64,000 bases of DNA from Calditrichia bacterium (GTDB lineage: Bacteria; Calditrichota; Calditrichia; JAJRVZ01), in the NCBI GenBank assembly GCA_963777955.1, contig CAVZSQ010000022.1, positions 512,001 to 576,000 on the forward strand. The letters are read 5' to 3'. Within the stretch, counting starts at the first letter, position 1; each line of letters opens with the position of its first letter. The notes beneath the pieces were generated by a model. The model saw nothing but the letters and a program-made list of their open reading frames with translations. It was not told the origin of the DNA and ran no database searches. Below are positions 10,568 to 21,076 of this stretch, piece after piece. The translations under genes and the position numbers were made by a program.

Positions 10568-11823
10568 GAATCAGCGGCTTTTTTAAATTGTACATAATAA
10601 TATTTCAGACCTAAAATAACCAGATAACTCAGTAAGATCGACATAGCGGCTCCAATCATCCCGAAAGGCGGGATTAAAAGAAAATTACCGGCTATATTTA
10701 CAATGGCTCCGGCCAACGTACAGCCCATAATCACTTTATCCGCATTATGCACATATAACATGTAATGCGGCAGATAAGAGATATTTAAAATCACAAAAGC
10801 CAGGATTAGTATATAGTACGTATCAAGATGCGGTACAAATTCACTTTTACCGAGCAAGCCAAGCAACGGTTTGATTAAAAGTAATAATAATAAGGCCAAT
10901 GACAGGGAAAACCACAGCACCATTTTCTTAAATTGGCTCATTGTCGCTGTAAATTCTGAGTGCTGTTCTTTTTTAAATGATTCTACCAGTCGCGGGAATA
11001 AGATCATAATGATTCCGGTGAAAATAATGACATTAAGCATATTGGCAATATTCCAGAAAAAAGTATAGATGCCAACCAGTGATTTGCTGGTCCAGACATC
11101 GAGGAAAAATCTGCCTGATTGTTCTATAAGTCTTAAAGACAGGGCTACAATTAAAAAAGGGATACTGATCTTGAATCCCCGTTTCAACCAGGACCAGTCG
11201 ATTGGACTACGGGTAAACATCCTGATCTTTAAGTGATACAGATAGAGGACTGACAACAGACAGGCTAGTAAAGATCCGCTGAACCAGGCCAGCCAGATAG
11301 TTTGCAGGTTTTTCGCTGAGTCGATTCCACCGAGCCACAGGGCAATTAATGCCAGGGACCAGGAGCCGGTTTTGATGAAAAAAATAAAATTGGCAAATAC
11401 CGGTCGGGAAAGAACAGTAAAAAGTCTGTAAAATTCTATGGAAATGTGTTCGGTGATTAAAATGACATAGAACCAGAATAAATACTGCAGCGGCAGGAAT
11501 TGACTGTAAAGAACAGGTATGAGTACAGGTAGAATAACCAGGTAGGTAAATCCAAAGGCGATGAACTGGTTGCGAATCAGGACAGCTATGCTAGCCTCAG
11601 GGACAGCCAAAATCTCCCTGGTACTGAAATTATAAAATTCAAAACCTAGCAGATACATGGCCATGATAACAGCAGAATTAAAAAGCCCGAAGATTCCCAG
11701 ATCGGTAGTCGAAAAGTACTTGGCAATATAGATAATGATTAGAAATTTGCTCAGCATCGATATTGAGCGGAGCAGAAGTCCGGCAAAAGAGGTTTTAATG
11801 AAAGACAGCATAGGATTATTCAA
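10552..11823 (-). CDS. wzx: Wzx-type oligosaccharide flippase (MOP superfamily)
   Basis: About 12 hydrophobic segments and C-terminal NIAGNFLLIPPFGMIGAA. Confidence 0.85.
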   Translation of the reverse strand: MNNPMLSFIKTSFAGLLLRSISMLSKFLIIIYIAKYFSTTDLGIFGLFNSAVIMAMYLLGFEFYNFSTREILAVPEASIAVLIRNQFIAFGFTYLVILPVLIPVLYSQFLPLQYLFWFYVILITEHISIEFYRLFTVLSRPVFANFIFFIKTGSWSLALIALWLGGIDSAKNLQTIWLAWFSGSLLACLLSVLYLYHLKIRMFTRSPIDWSWLKRGFKISIPFLIVALSLRLIEQSGRFFLDVWTSKSLVGIYTFFWNIANMLNVIIFTGIIMILFPRLVESFKKEQHSEFTATMSQFKKMVLWFSLSLALLLLLLIKPLLGLLGKSEFVPHLDTYYILILAFVILNISYLPHYMLYVHNADKVIMGCTLAGAIVNIAGNFLLIPPFGMIGAAMSILLSYLVILGLKYYYVQFKKAADSWITR

Positions 11824-12862
11824 TCAGATCAAAACTTAAGGGAGTACCCATTTCGATATCCTGGCGGGCATGCTTCCCCAGGATGTCTTGCAGGTATTTG
11901 GGCGGCAGACCGTGACCGGGCCGGATTGAACGGATATTCTGCCGGGTGAACAGTTCACCCTTTTTTATGTTTGCGGTAGCGAAAAGTGAACGGGTAAAAA
12001 TCCGGTTCTTTTTAATACTCCCGGAAAGTTCATAATTAATAGCGCCCAGGGCGGTTTCCACCTCGCGTATACTTAGTACCATCTTTTTAAATTCGGCCGG
12101 CTCAATCGAAAACTCAGCATCAGGACCGCCCAGTTTACGATCAAGGATAAAATGCTTTTCGATTATTTTTGCTCCCAGCGCGACGGCGGCAATAGGCACA
12201 GAAATACCGAGGGTATGATCCGAGATGCCGACCAGGCAATCAAAAGTTTCCTGCAGGTGCGGAATGGTTCTGAGATTGATTTCATCCAGCGGGGCCGGAT
12301 AGGCCGAAGTGCATTTCAGGATGATGATCTGCCGGTTATTCATACGCCGGCAGGCCTGAACGGCTTCGGCGATCTCGGCCAGGGTAGCAATACCGGTCGA
12401 AATGATTACAGGTCGTCCTTTGGCGGCGATATATTCGATCAAAGGAATATCGGTTATCTCAAAACTTGCTACTTTATATGCCGGAACTTCCATCTTTTCC
12501 AGGAAATCGACTGCGCTTTGATCGAAAGGGGATGAAAAACATTCCAATCCCAGCTGGTTGGCTGTTTTTTTCAGCTCCGGTTGCCATTCCCAGGGGGTAA
12601 ATGCTTCCTGGTAAAGTTGATACAAAGTCTTGCCGTCCCAGAGCGTACCCTGTTTGATTTGAAAGTAGGATTTATGACTGTCGATAGTCAGCGTGTCCGC
12701 CGTATAGGTCTGCAGTTTTATGGCATCGGCGCCGCTTTCTTTTGCCGCTTTGACCGTATCCAGGGCAATCTCGAATTTCTGATTGTGATTAGCGGAGAGT
12801 TCAGCTACAATGAATGTCTTCGATTCGGGCGAAAGATCAAAAGCACCAATCTTTATATTCAT
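11816..12862 (-). CDS. pseI: Pseudaminic acid synthase
   Basis: Motifs IVAELSANHN, IKLQTYTADT, YKVASFE, KCTSAYPA, SDHTLG and IEKHF, plus a C-terminal AFP-like RSIRPGHGL domain. Confidence 0.93.
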   Translation of the reverse strand: MNIKIGAFDLSPESKTFIVAELSANHNQKFEIALDTVKAAKESGADAIKLQTYTADTLTIDSHKSYFQIKQGTLWDGKTLYQLYQEAFTPWEWQPELKKTANQLGLECFSSPFDQSAVDFLEKMEVPAYKVASFEITDIPLIEYIAAKGRPVIISTGIATLAEIAEAVQACRRMNNRQIIILKCTSAYPAPLDEINLRTIPHLQETFDCLVGISDHTLGISVPIAAVALGAKIIEKHFILDRKLGGPDAEFSIEPAEFKKMVLSIREVETALGAINYELSGSIKKNRIFTRSLFATANIKKGELFTRQNIRSIRPGHGLPPKYLQDILGKHARQDIEMGTPLSFDLIE

Positions 12863-13353
12863 ACTTTCCTCTTTAATATAAATATCTCGAATGGCATGTC
12901 ATTTATAATTGCCCGTTGGAGATGTGCACTGCGTGCGTATCCGGCTTTTAAAAATGACCGGGAAATTGCATCATTGTCAGGTTTGATATACGCAATTATT
13001 TCTTTTAATTCAGGTTTCAGTTTAAACACCCTGGCAGCTGTTGCCTTCAGCAGGGGCACGGCCAGGCCTTTTCCGCGGAAATCCCGGTTGATACTAATGC
13101 TGATCACGGCCGAATTATTTTTTACCTCGTAACGGACCTGTCCGAGAAATTGTTTTTGCTGGTCATAAACCACCAGGAAAATATAATCCGGGTCTTTTAT
13201 CTTGCGGGTGAACCACTGCACATGTTGTTCCAGAGTTATAGTTTGCGGGTGAATGGATTGTTGTCGAACCGCAGTATCATTGGAAAGTAAGAACACTCTT
13301 TCCATATCCGCCAGACGGGCTTTACGAATTGTGTACTTGATTTTTTCTGACAT
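12859..13353 (-). CDS. pseH: GNAT N-acetyltransferase, PseH-like
   Basis: GNAT motif FRGKGLA and EQHVQWF; position within the pse operon. Start taken at the MSEKIKY ATG. Confidence 0.75.
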   Translation of the reverse strand: MSEKIKYTIRKARLADMERVFLLSNDTAVRQQSIHPQTITLEQHVQWFTRKIKDPDYIFLVVYDQQKQFLGQVRYEVKNNSAVISISINRDFRGKGLAVPLLKATAARVFKLKPELKEIIAYIKPDNDAISRSFLKAGYARSAHLQRAIINDMPFEIFILKRKV

Positions 13354-14345
13354 AATCCAATACTTTCTCCATGATCCGGTGGCTTCCCTGACCATCAATT
13401 AACCTCTGGCCGATGCGGCTCTTTTTTTGCCGGAGAGCGTGATCGGTTATTAATATATCAACTGATTTTTTTAAAGAATTCAGCAGTTTCTGATCATTCT
13501 GCCAGCCGGCAAACTCAATAAAATTTGTAGTCAACCAGCCTTCGATATTATACTTTTGATTTTCGGCCACTCCGATTACGACGGGTGGTACACCTACGGC
13601 TGCAAGTTCATACGTGGTTTGGCCGGCAGTACTGACGGCAATATCGCTGCTTTGCATGGCAGCAATTAACTGGTCGGCCGGCGGAGCTACTAGAAGTTGT
13701 ATTTTGTTATTGGTTATTCGTTTTGTCTGTTCCTGATTTTCAAAACTGGTTCCGATGAGCGCAATAATTTTTATTCCCGGATACTGACTGGTTAGAAATT
13801 CTGCCAATGCAGGGGTAAGTTGATGGGGATCGCTGCCGCCGCAGGTCAGGAATATGCTTTCTACAGTGGGATGTTCAGGTTTGGACCGGAGGTGCCAGAA
13901 TTGCCGGCGTAATGGTTGAAAGGTTGGCCCCAGCAGATAGGTTATCCGGTCGGTTGCCGGATATGCAATATTTCCGGCCAGCAGGTGCAAAGCACCGTTG
14001 ATTACAAGACCGGCGGGATAGGACAAGCGGTTATAATCGTCAAAGTATACCCCCGCCGCAACCTGCTGCTGAATCTGCCGGTAAACATCGATCCCGGCGA
14101 AATACGAATCGATTACAGCAATGTCCGCACCGCTGAGGTGATCTTTGCAGGGCGGGGTACCTTCGGTCCAATTGAAATATTGTGTTTGGAATTCTGTCAG
14201 CAGATCTTTGACGGATGTATCGGCCCAGACTACAAATGTGCAGGTGATACTCTGGTCAGCGAAAGCCTGAGCCAGGGCCAGGCATCTGGTCAAATGACCA
14301 AGACCGAGTCTTCTTTCCGCCTTCTGTGAAGAAAACTGCTTGCAT
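13322..14345 (-). CDS. pseG: UDP-2,4-diacetamido-2,4,6-trideoxy-altropyranose hydrolase (one frameshift near 14312)
   Basis: ATG at 14345 gives MQAVFFTEGGKK; a one-base shift then gives LGLGHLTRCLALA (GxGH motif). Also VIDSY, TCGGSD, AGQTTYEL and VAENQ. Confidence 0.82.
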
Positions 14346-14347
14346 AA

Positions 14348-15112
14348 TTATTTCTGAATGACCTGTGGCTTATTCCATTTTGCATTGATTTTCAGCAACT
14401 GTTCATCCTGTTCCAGAAGTCTCAAAATGTCGGTCCAGCCGAAACTGGGATTCTGCGGGTAGAGTTTTTCATAAATTGCTTTAATCAAAAGATAATCTTC
14501 CCAGTAATCGAGGGTAAGCCTGATCTGTGACCAGTCGTTTTCAGCTGTGAATTCAGACAGGACAAAATCTCTGGCGTGACTGTGGTAGATATAGGGTGTT
14601 ACGTGTTCCCGCTCATATTTATCAACAGCCTGCTGCCAGGCGATTTGCAGAGCCCGGAAGGAAAAGATTTCCAATTCCAGGCCATGCGGCCAGGTTCGTT
14701 TATGAATGCGTGAAGAAAGATAGTCGACCGGAGTCCTTTCAAATGCGGCGATATGCCGGTCAATCAGCAGCGGATCGATCAGGGGGCAATCGGAGGTAAT
14801 GCGAATGATGTCCCAAACTTCTGCTTTTTTTTCGCAGAACTGCCTGGCTGCCTGATAATAGCGGTCCAGCACATCTTCTTCGGAACCGCGAAACAGGGAA
14901 ACACGCGCATGATAGGATTGAACCAGGTCCGCGATGGCCTGGTCGGCCGGTTGATCGGTAGTGGCGACGATGATGTGATCGACTCTCCCGGCCGCCAGCA
15001 CGCGATCAAGCAAGTGCAACAGAATTTCTTTTTCCAGTATTTTTAACAGAATTTTATTGGGTAATCGTGTGGAAGCAGTGCGCGCCTGGGTAATCACTAA
15101 TTTATTTCGCAT
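14348..15112 (-). CDS. Cytidylyltransferase (SpsF/PseF-type CMP-nonulosonate synthetase)
   Basis: Motifs QARTASTRLPNK, GSEEDVLDRY, RITSDCPLIDP, REHVTPY and RLTLDY. Confidence 0.85.
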   Translation of the reverse strand: MRNKLVITQARTASTRLPNKILLKILEKEILLHLLDRVLAAGRVDHIIVATTDQPADQAIADLVQSYHARVSLFRGSEEDVLDRYYQAARQFCEKKAEVWDIIRITSDCPLIDPLLIDRHIAAFERTPVDYLSSRIHKRTWPHGLELEIFSFRALQIAWQQAVDKYEREHVTPYIYHSHARDFVLSEFTAENDWSQIRLTLDYWEDYLLIKAIYEKLYPQNPSFGWTDILRLLEQDEQLLKINAKWNKPQVIQK

Positions 15113-16262
15113 GCCCTAACTCAAGAATAGATTCGATCACATATTGAACCTGTTCATCCGTTAACTTCGGGTACAGCGGAATGCTCAGAGCCTGCTGATA
15201 ATAATTCTCGGCATTTGGAAACTCGCCCCAGTGATAATGATAGCGTCGCTGATAATAAGGTTGTGTATGAATCGGGATATAATGAACCTGGGTACCGATA
15301 TTTTTCTTTTTTAAAATCTCCATTACTTGCAGACGGCTGCGGTTAATTTTATTGAAATCGATCCGGAGTACATATAAATGGAAGGCTGAAAATACTTCTT
15401 TATGTTCGTAAGGTATGGTCAACCAGGGAACAGATTTGAAAGCAGTATTATAGCGTTGCACAATTTCTCGGCGCCGCCGGATAAAGCTGTCCAGTTTCTT
15501 TAACTGTGACAGACCGAGTGCTGCCTGCAAGTCGGTCAGGCGGTAATTGAAACCCAGCATGTGCATTTCGTAGTACCAGGGACCGGGATGGTTGGTCAGT
15601 CGTAGAGGTTCGCGGGTTATACCATGATTACGCAGCAAAAGGAGTTTTTCGTAAAGACCGGGATCGTTGGTGGTGATAGCTCCGCCCTCGCCGGTAGTAA
15701 TGGTTTTTACCGGATGAAATGAAAAAATGGTCAGCTCCGAGTAGCGGCAATTACCGACCAGCGAGCCGTCGTGGTAACGGGACCCGATGGCATGTGCGGC
15801 ATCCTCGATCACAGCGCATTTATATTTTTCTGCCAGAATTTTCAGGCTTTTCATTTCAGCCGGTTGACCGGCGAAATGCACCGGCAGAATAAGTTTGGTT
15901 CTGGACGTGATTCTTTTTTCGAGATCGCAGTGATCAAGCAGATAGGTTCGCTGATCGATATCGGCGAAGACAGGTTTGATATTGTTATAGATCATGGCAT
16001 TGGACGAAGCGACAAAGGAAATAGTGGAAGTAATCCCTTCGCTGTCCGGTGCTAATTCAAGTGCGGCGACTGCCAGATGCAGAGCGGCGGTGCCGTTCGC
16101 TACGGCAACACAATAGCGGGCACCGGTATATTTGCTTAAAACCTGTTCAAATTCGGCAAGCTGCGGTCCCTGTGTTAAAAAATCGCTGGTGAGAGCGGTC
16201 CGGACATTCCGGATGTCATCATCATCAATCCATTGTTTACCATAGGATAAAAATTCGGTCAT
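15102..16262 (-). CDS. pseC: UDP-4-amino-4,6-dideoxy-AltNAc transaminase (DegT family)
   Basis: Motifs YGKQWIDDDD, NGTAALH, IEDAAHA, SFHPVKTITTGEGG and GFNYR. Confidence 0.92.
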   Translation of the reverse strand: MTEFLSYGKQWIDDDDIRNVRTALTSDFLTQGPQLAEFEQVLSKYTGARYCVAVANGTAALHLAVAALELAPDSEGITSTISFVASSNAMIYNNIKPVFADIDQRTYLLDHCDLEKRITSRTKLILPVHFAGQPAEMKSLKILAEKYKCAVIEDAAHAIGSRYHDGSLVGNCRYSELTIFSFHPVKTITTGEGGAITTNDPGLYEKLLLLRNHGITREPLRLTNHPGPWYYEMHMLGFNYRLTDLQAALGLSQLKKLDSFIRRRREIVQRYNTAFKSVPWLTIPYEHKEVFSAFHLYVLRIDFNKINRSRLQVMEILKKKNIGTQVHYIPIHTQPYYQRRYHYHWGEFPNAENYYQQALSIPLYPKLTDEQVQYVIESILELGHAK

Positions 16263-16271
16263 GATTTACCC

Positions 16272-17270
16272 TCAATAGACTATTTCAATATCAGCCAGTC
16301 TTTGTGCAATGGCGTCAACATCGAGAAAATCTTTGTTACTATTGGAGGCATAAGTAAAAAATTCATCCACTTTTTTACCTCCGGCGGTAAAGTGGCGTTT
16401 CAGATCCCACCATTCGAAATTGGGATAGATTATATAGTGATCCGGATATTCATAAGTAGTTAATGAATCATATTCGGTAATCATCAATTCATGCAGTTTC
16501 TCCCCTTCGCGGATACCGACCTGATTCAATTTTGCACCGGGCAACATGGCCAGGGCCAGATCGGTTACTTTAAACGAGGGAATTCTCGATACGAATATTT
16601 CGCCCCCTTTGCTGATATTTAAGGCTTTAAAAACCAGTTCCACGGCTTCATCCAGGGTGATCCAGAAACGGGTCATGCGCAAATCGGTAATCGGCAATTC
16701 TTTGTGGCCCTGATCGATCAGCATTTTAAAAAACGGTACTACCGATCCCCGGCTCCCGGCAACGTTACCGTAACGCACCACGCTAAAAATTGTATTAGCA
16801 CGAACCCCATAAGCGTTGGCTGAAATGAAGATTTTATCGGATGCCAGTTTGGTGGCGCCGTACAGGTTGATCGGATTAACCGCTTTATCGGTGGAAAGTG
16901 CGATCACTTTGGGAATCTTGCGGTCAATGGCCGCATCGATAATATTCTGGGCTCCGTTGATATTGGTACGCACGGCCTCAAATGGATTATATTCGCAGAT
17001 CGGGACCTGTTTCAAAGCTGCGGCATGGATAACATAATCAACTCCGTCCAGAGCCCGGTAGAGACGTTCCTTATCGCGAACATCCCCGATAAAGTAGCGC
17101 ATGATACTGTCATAGTTCTTAAAAGCCTGGCGCATCTGGAATTGTTTATACTCATCACGGGAATAGATGATGATCTTCCCGGGCTTATATTTTTTGCACA
17201 CTGTGGATGTAAATTTTTTTCCAAAAGAACCGGTACCACCAGTAATGAGAATGGTCTTGCCGTTTAACAT
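16272..17270 (-). CDS. pseB: UDP-GlcNAc 4,6-dehydratase (inverting)
   Basis: Motifs TGGTGSFG, SRDEYKQ, HAAALKQVP, STDKAVNPINLYGATKL and RYGNVAGSRGSV. Confidence 0.95.
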   Translation of the reverse strand: MLNGKTILITGGTGSFGKKFTSTVCKKYKPGKIIIYSRDEYKQFQMRQAFKNYDSIMRYFIGDVRDKERLYRALDGVDYVIHAAALKQVPICEYNPFEAVRTNINGAQNIIDAAIDRKIPKVIALSTDKAVNPINLYGATKLASDKIFISANAYGVRANTIFSVVRYGNVAGSRGSVVPFFKMLIDQGHKELPITDLRMTRFWITLDEAVELVFKALNISKGGEIFVSRIPSFKVTDLALAMLPGAKLNQVGIREGEKLHELMITEYDSLTTYEYPDHYIIYPNFEWWDLKRHFTAGGKKVDEFFTYASNSNKDFLDVDAIAQRLADIEIVY

Positions 17271-17352
17271 GTGATAATTACTCCTTTACTAAAAAGAATC
17301 AGGGAAGTTACAGTAAAACAGTTGCAGTAATTTTAACACCAGGATCGTTTGT

Positions 17353-18012
17353 TTATTTTTTTCTGCCGGGCTGTGTTTTACCGTACAATTCGGTTTCCAC
17401 CATTTCAATAAGAATGTGCCCCAGCATAATCTGGGTTTCCTGTACACGTTGAACATTGGAGGATGGAACGACAATCGCAATATCCACCAGATCCAGGCAT
17501 TTTCCGCCTTCGCAGCCAAGCAGGCCGATCCGCCTGATCTTTTTATCCCGGGCCGTTTGCAGTGCCTGCACGAGGTTGGCTGAATTTCCGCTGGTACTGA
17601 TCACCAGTAACACATCTTCCGGGTGTCCCAGTGCTTCAACCTGCCGTGCGAAGACCCGGGCAAAGCCCAGATCATTAGCGCCGGCCGTGAGGGTCGCGGA
17701 ATCTGTATTAAGTGCCACGGCCGGCAGCCCGGGACGTTCAATTTTTTTGGAAAGCCGGATTACAAATTCAGCAGCCAGATGCTGGGCATCGGCTGCACTG
17801 CCGCCGTTACCGCAGATCAGCAGTTTTCCGCGGTTGCGGAAACTGGTTACCATGATATCAACAGCCTGGAACAGAGGTCTTTTACAGGGCGAAGCAGTTT
17901 TTTGCAAAACGGCGCGCAATTCCTGGATCTGATTTTTATAGAAACGATCATGGACTTTAAAGAGGTCTGGCAATGATGACGGCAATTTTGAAGATTTTAT
18001 TTTAGCAGTCAT
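17353..18012 (-). CDS. gmhA: Phosphoheptose isomerase (SIS domain)
   Basis: Motifs CGNGGSAADAQH, ISTSGNS and RVQE...GH. Confidence 0.9.
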   Translation of the reverse strand: MTAKIKSSKLPSSLPDLFKVHDRFYKNQIQELRAVLQKTASPCKRPLFQAVDIMVTSFRNRGKLLICGNGGSAADAQHLAAEFVIRLSKKIERPGLPAVALNTDSATLTAGANDLGFARVFARQVEALGHPEDVLLVISTSGNSANLVQALQTARDKKIRRIGLLGCEGGKCLDLVDIAIVVPSSNVQRVQETQIMLGHILIEMVETELYGKTQPGRKK

Positions 18013-18026
18013 ATACTATTGATATG

Positions 18027-18776
18027 TTAAATTTTAGTGTGAATTGCTTTTGAAAACTCATTTAGCAGATCCAGATCAGCTGTGTCTTCAATGATATTAC
18101 CGGTGACCACGAAAGACGCCCCGGCCTTAACTTTGGCGCTGGCTTCCTGCGGAGTTCGAATTCCTCCGCCAACGATGACCGGAATATTACAGGTTTGGCT
18201 CACCGCGGTGATTAATTCAACGGGGACAGATAATTCCGCGCCGCTGCCTGCTTCCAGATAAATGAATTTGAAACCCAGATACTGTGCCGCCAGGGCGTGG
18301 GCTACTGCCAGATCCGGTTTACTGCGCGGGAGTGGCAGTGAATTACTCATAAACTGGGCCGCTGTTGTTTTGCCCGATTCAATCAAAAGGTAAGCGGTGG
18401 AGATGGTTTCCAGTTTGCTGCGGAATACCAGAGGAGCGGCCAGCACGTGATTGCCGATCAGGTTATGCGCATCGCGCCCGCTGACCACAGACAGGAAGAG
18501 CAGGGCATCGGCCTGTGCTGTAATCTGTTGTAAGCTTCCCGGAAAAATGATAACCGGAATTTGAGTTACTTTTTTCTTTAACTCGATGACAAAATGCTCG
18601 AAGTCGGAACTGAGGATAAGGCTCCCCCCGACCAGCAGGGCATCTACTCCGGATTTTTCGGCTGCCGCGGCAAAGGCCGCAATGGCAGATACCGGCATTT
18701 TATCGGGATCGAGCAATACCCAATAACCGGCGCCCTTTTTTTGATACGCTGTCATCAATCGATCATATGCTGTCAT
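18027..18776 (-). CDS. Geranylgeranylglyceryl/heptaprenylglyceryl phosphate synthase (GGGPS/PcrB family)
   Basis: Motifs LLDPDK, LLVGGS, IIFPG, FIYLEAGSGA, IVGGGIR and VVTGN. Alternative start at 18791. Confidence 0.9.
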   Translation of the reverse strand: MTAYDRLMTAYQKKGAGYWVLLDPDKMPVSAIAAFAAAAEKSGVDALLVGGSLILSSDFEHFVIELKKKVTQIPVIIFPGSLQQITAQADALLFLSVVSGRDAHNLIGNHVLAAPLVFRSKLETISTAYLLIESGKTTAAQFMSNSLPLPRSKPDLAVAHALAAQYLGFKFIYLEAGSGAELSVPVELITAVSQTCNIPVIVGGGIRTPQEASAKVKAGASFVVTGNIIEDTADLDLLNEFSKAIHTKI

Positions 18777-18782
18777 CTTTGA

Positions 18783-18810
18783 AATATACATAACTTTTCC
18801 AGAATTTCAA
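18783..18810 (-). promoter_or_regulatory. Putative sigma70 promoter (TTGAAA-16-TATATT) 6 nt before the ATG at 18776
   Basis: Read directly on the minus strand; no Shine-Dalgarno sequence between the -10 box and the ATG. Confidence 0.4.
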
Positions 18811-18838
18811 GTAAAACAACGGCTGCGCTACTAAACTA

Positions 18839-20161
18839 TCAACTGTAAAATATTTTACCTTTATTGATCACCGCGATGCTTTTTCCGGTCAGGTTATAAT
18901 TATTAAAAGGTGTGTTCAGCGACCGTGAAAATGATTTCGCTTCAGCGGGTTTCCATTTATGATTGCTGTTGACGATGGTCAGATTTGCTTTTTCCCCTTC
19001 CTTGATCCTGGGAATATCCAGATTTAGTATCCTGCGCGGATTGAAGACACAGCGATAATAGACATCACTCAGAGAGATTATTCCCGGTTTCAGTAAGACC
19101 GTACTGATCAAGGCCCAGGCAGTTTCCAGACCGATAATACCGAAGGGGGCAGCAGTATATTCGGTTTCTTTTTCCTCGATCGAATGGGGCGCATGATCGG
19201 TGGCGATGGCATCAATCGTTCCATCCTCAATCCCCTCGATTATTGCTGCGCGGTCGTCTGCACTGCGTAAGGGCGGATTCATTTTGGTATTGGTATCAAA
19301 ACTTTCCACGGCCTGATCGGTAAGGGTGAAATGATGCGGAGTGACTTCACAGGTGACGGCCAGACCTCTGGTCTTGGCCCGGCGCACCAGATCAATGCTG
19401 CCACGGGTGCTGATGTGGCAGATGTGCAGTTTTCCACCGGTGAACTCCGTCAGCATGATATCCCTGGCGATCATGATCTCTTCGGCTACCGCAGGCATCC
19501 CGGCCAAACCGAGTTTGGTGGAATAGAAACCTTCATGCATATGCCGGCCTTTGCTCAATTCGGAATCTTCCTCATGGCCCAGTACCACAATTCCGAACAT
19601 CTTGCTGTATTCCAAGGCCCGGCGCATCATTTCCGCATTCATCAGGCAGGTACCATCATCAGAAATGGCGACTGCCCCGGCGTCCACTAATTCCGCAATC
19701 GGAGCAAGTTCTTTGCCCTGCCGGGCTTTGGTGATAGCGGCAACGGGATAAACATCGACCAGCGCTGCGGCTGATTTCTCTTTAATATACTTGACAACTT
19801 CCTGTGAATCGATGGGTGGATCGGTATTGGGCATACAGGCAAGTCCCGTAAAGCCGCCATTGGCAGCAGCCAGTGTTCCAGATTCAATTGTTTCTTCATC
19901 TTCCCGGCCCGGTTCCCTTAAATGAGTATGCATATCCATAAAACCGGGAAAGACCAGGGTGTCTTTACCTTCAAAGATTTCGCCGTTAAAATGCGCGGGC
20001 GGATTTTTCAGCACTGAAGCAATTTTACCTTTTTCGATCACCACGCTTCTTTTGTCGTCCATTTTTTCAGCCATGTCGATGATTCTGGCATTCTTCAGCA
20101 GAAACTTATCGGGTAATTTTTGAAAGGTGGTGCTGGTTGGTGATTTTTTAGTTGGTGACAT
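18839..20161 (-). CDS. pyrC: Dihydroorotase (multifunctional-complex type)
   Basis: Motifs DMHTHLREPG, MPNT, HICHIST, EVTPHH, KMNPPLR and ATDHAPH. ATG at 20161 follows GGAGGAG; the ORF track over-extends into pyrB. Confidence 0.93.
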   Translation of the reverse strand: MSPTKKSPTSTTFQKLPDKFLLKNARIIDMAEKMDDKRSVVIEKGKIASVLKNPPAHFNGEIFEGKDTLVFPGFMDMHTHLREPGREDEETIESGTLAAANGGFTGLACMPNTDPPIDSQEVVKYIKEKSAAALVDVYPVAAITKARQGKELAPIAELVDAGAVAISDDGTCLMNAEMMRRALEYSKMFGIVVLGHEEDSELSKGRHMHEGFYSTKLGLAGMPAVAEEIMIARDIMLTEFTGGKLHICHISTRGSIDLVRRAKTRGLAVTCEVTPHHFTLTDQAVESFDTNTKMNPPLRSADDRAAIIEGIEDGTIDAIATDHAPHSIEEKETEYTAAPFGIIGLETAWALISTVLLKPGIISLSDVYYRCVFNPRRILNLDIPRIKEGEKANLTIVNSNHKWKPAEAKSFSRSLNTPFNNYNLTGKSIAVINKGKIFYS

Positions 20162-21074
20162 GTTCTCCTCCGGCAAGTAAATATAACACCGCCATGCGTA
20201 CGGCGACACCATTAGTGACCTGATCCAGGATGACAGAGTGTTCGCTATCCGCGACATCCGAGGCGATTTCCACTCCGCGATTAATGGGTCCGGGATGCAT
20301 GATCGTGATCGGTTTGGATGCTTTCTCCAATCGCTGCCGGGTAATCCCAAAGTAGTTGTGATATTCCCGCAAACTGGGGAACAATCCGGATTCCTGGCGC
20401 TCCAACTGGATGCGCAGCACATTCAATACATCCACCTGGGCAATCACCTCATCAAGATTATAACTGATCTGAACTCCTAATTTTTCGATTTCCCTGGGAA
20501 TCAGTGTAGCCGGCCCGCACAGCGTGATTTTGGCGCCCATTTTCAACAAGCCATGTATGTTGGACATAGCCACGCGGCTGTGTGAAATATCTCCGATGAT
20601 CCCGACTTTTAAATTTTTAAAGGTGGGATGTTTATCCATCATGGTGACCATGTCCAGCAGTCCCTGGGTTGGATGTTCATGGCCGCCGTCACCGGCATTG
20701 ATGATGCGTGACTCCAGCCGTTGTGACAGAAAAACCGGAGCACCGGGGGATTGGTGCCGGATCACCACGAAATCGATTTTCATGGCTTCAATATTGCGGG
20801 CGGTGTCCAGCAGGGTTTCACCCTTTTTCACACTGCTGCCTTCTTTGGAAAAATTAATCGAATCGGCCGATAGTCTTTTTTCGGCCAACTCGAAAGATAT
20901 CCGCGTACGGGTTGATGGTTCGAAAAAGAGATTGACAACGGTTTTACCCTGCAGGGTAGGAACCTTTTTTATGGGTCGCTCCAATATTTCGCGGAAGGAT
21001 TTTGTAGTTTTAAGAATGAGTTCAATATCCTCGCGGTCGATATATTCGAGGCCAAGCAGATGTCGTGCTTTCAT
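20148..21074 (-). CDS. pyrB: Aspartate carbamoyltransferase catalytic subunit
   Basis: Motifs FFEPSTRTRISF, NAGDGGHEHPTQ, LRIQLER and MHPGPINRG. Confidence 0.96.
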   Translation of the reverse strand: MKARHLLGLEYIDREDIELILKTTKSFREILERPIKKVPTLQGKTVVNLFFEPSTRTRISFELAEKRLSADSINFSKEGSSVKKGETLLDTARNIEAMKIDFVVIRHQSPGAPVFLSQRLESRIINAGDGGHEHPTQGLLDMVTMMDKHPTFKNLKVGIIGDISHSRVAMSNIHGLLKMGAKITLCGPATLIPREIEKLGVQISYNLDEVIAQVDVLNVLRIQLERQESGLFPSLREYHNYFGITRQRLEKASKPITIMHPGPINRGVEIASDVADSEHSVILDQVTNGVAVRMAVLYLLAGGEHVTN

Positions 21075-21076
21075 GG

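Noticed and set aside
20162..20422. 87-aa N-terminal extension of PyrC overlapping pyrB
   Set aside because: A good RBS and ATG exist at 20161; the extension is just an open alternative frame of pyrB.
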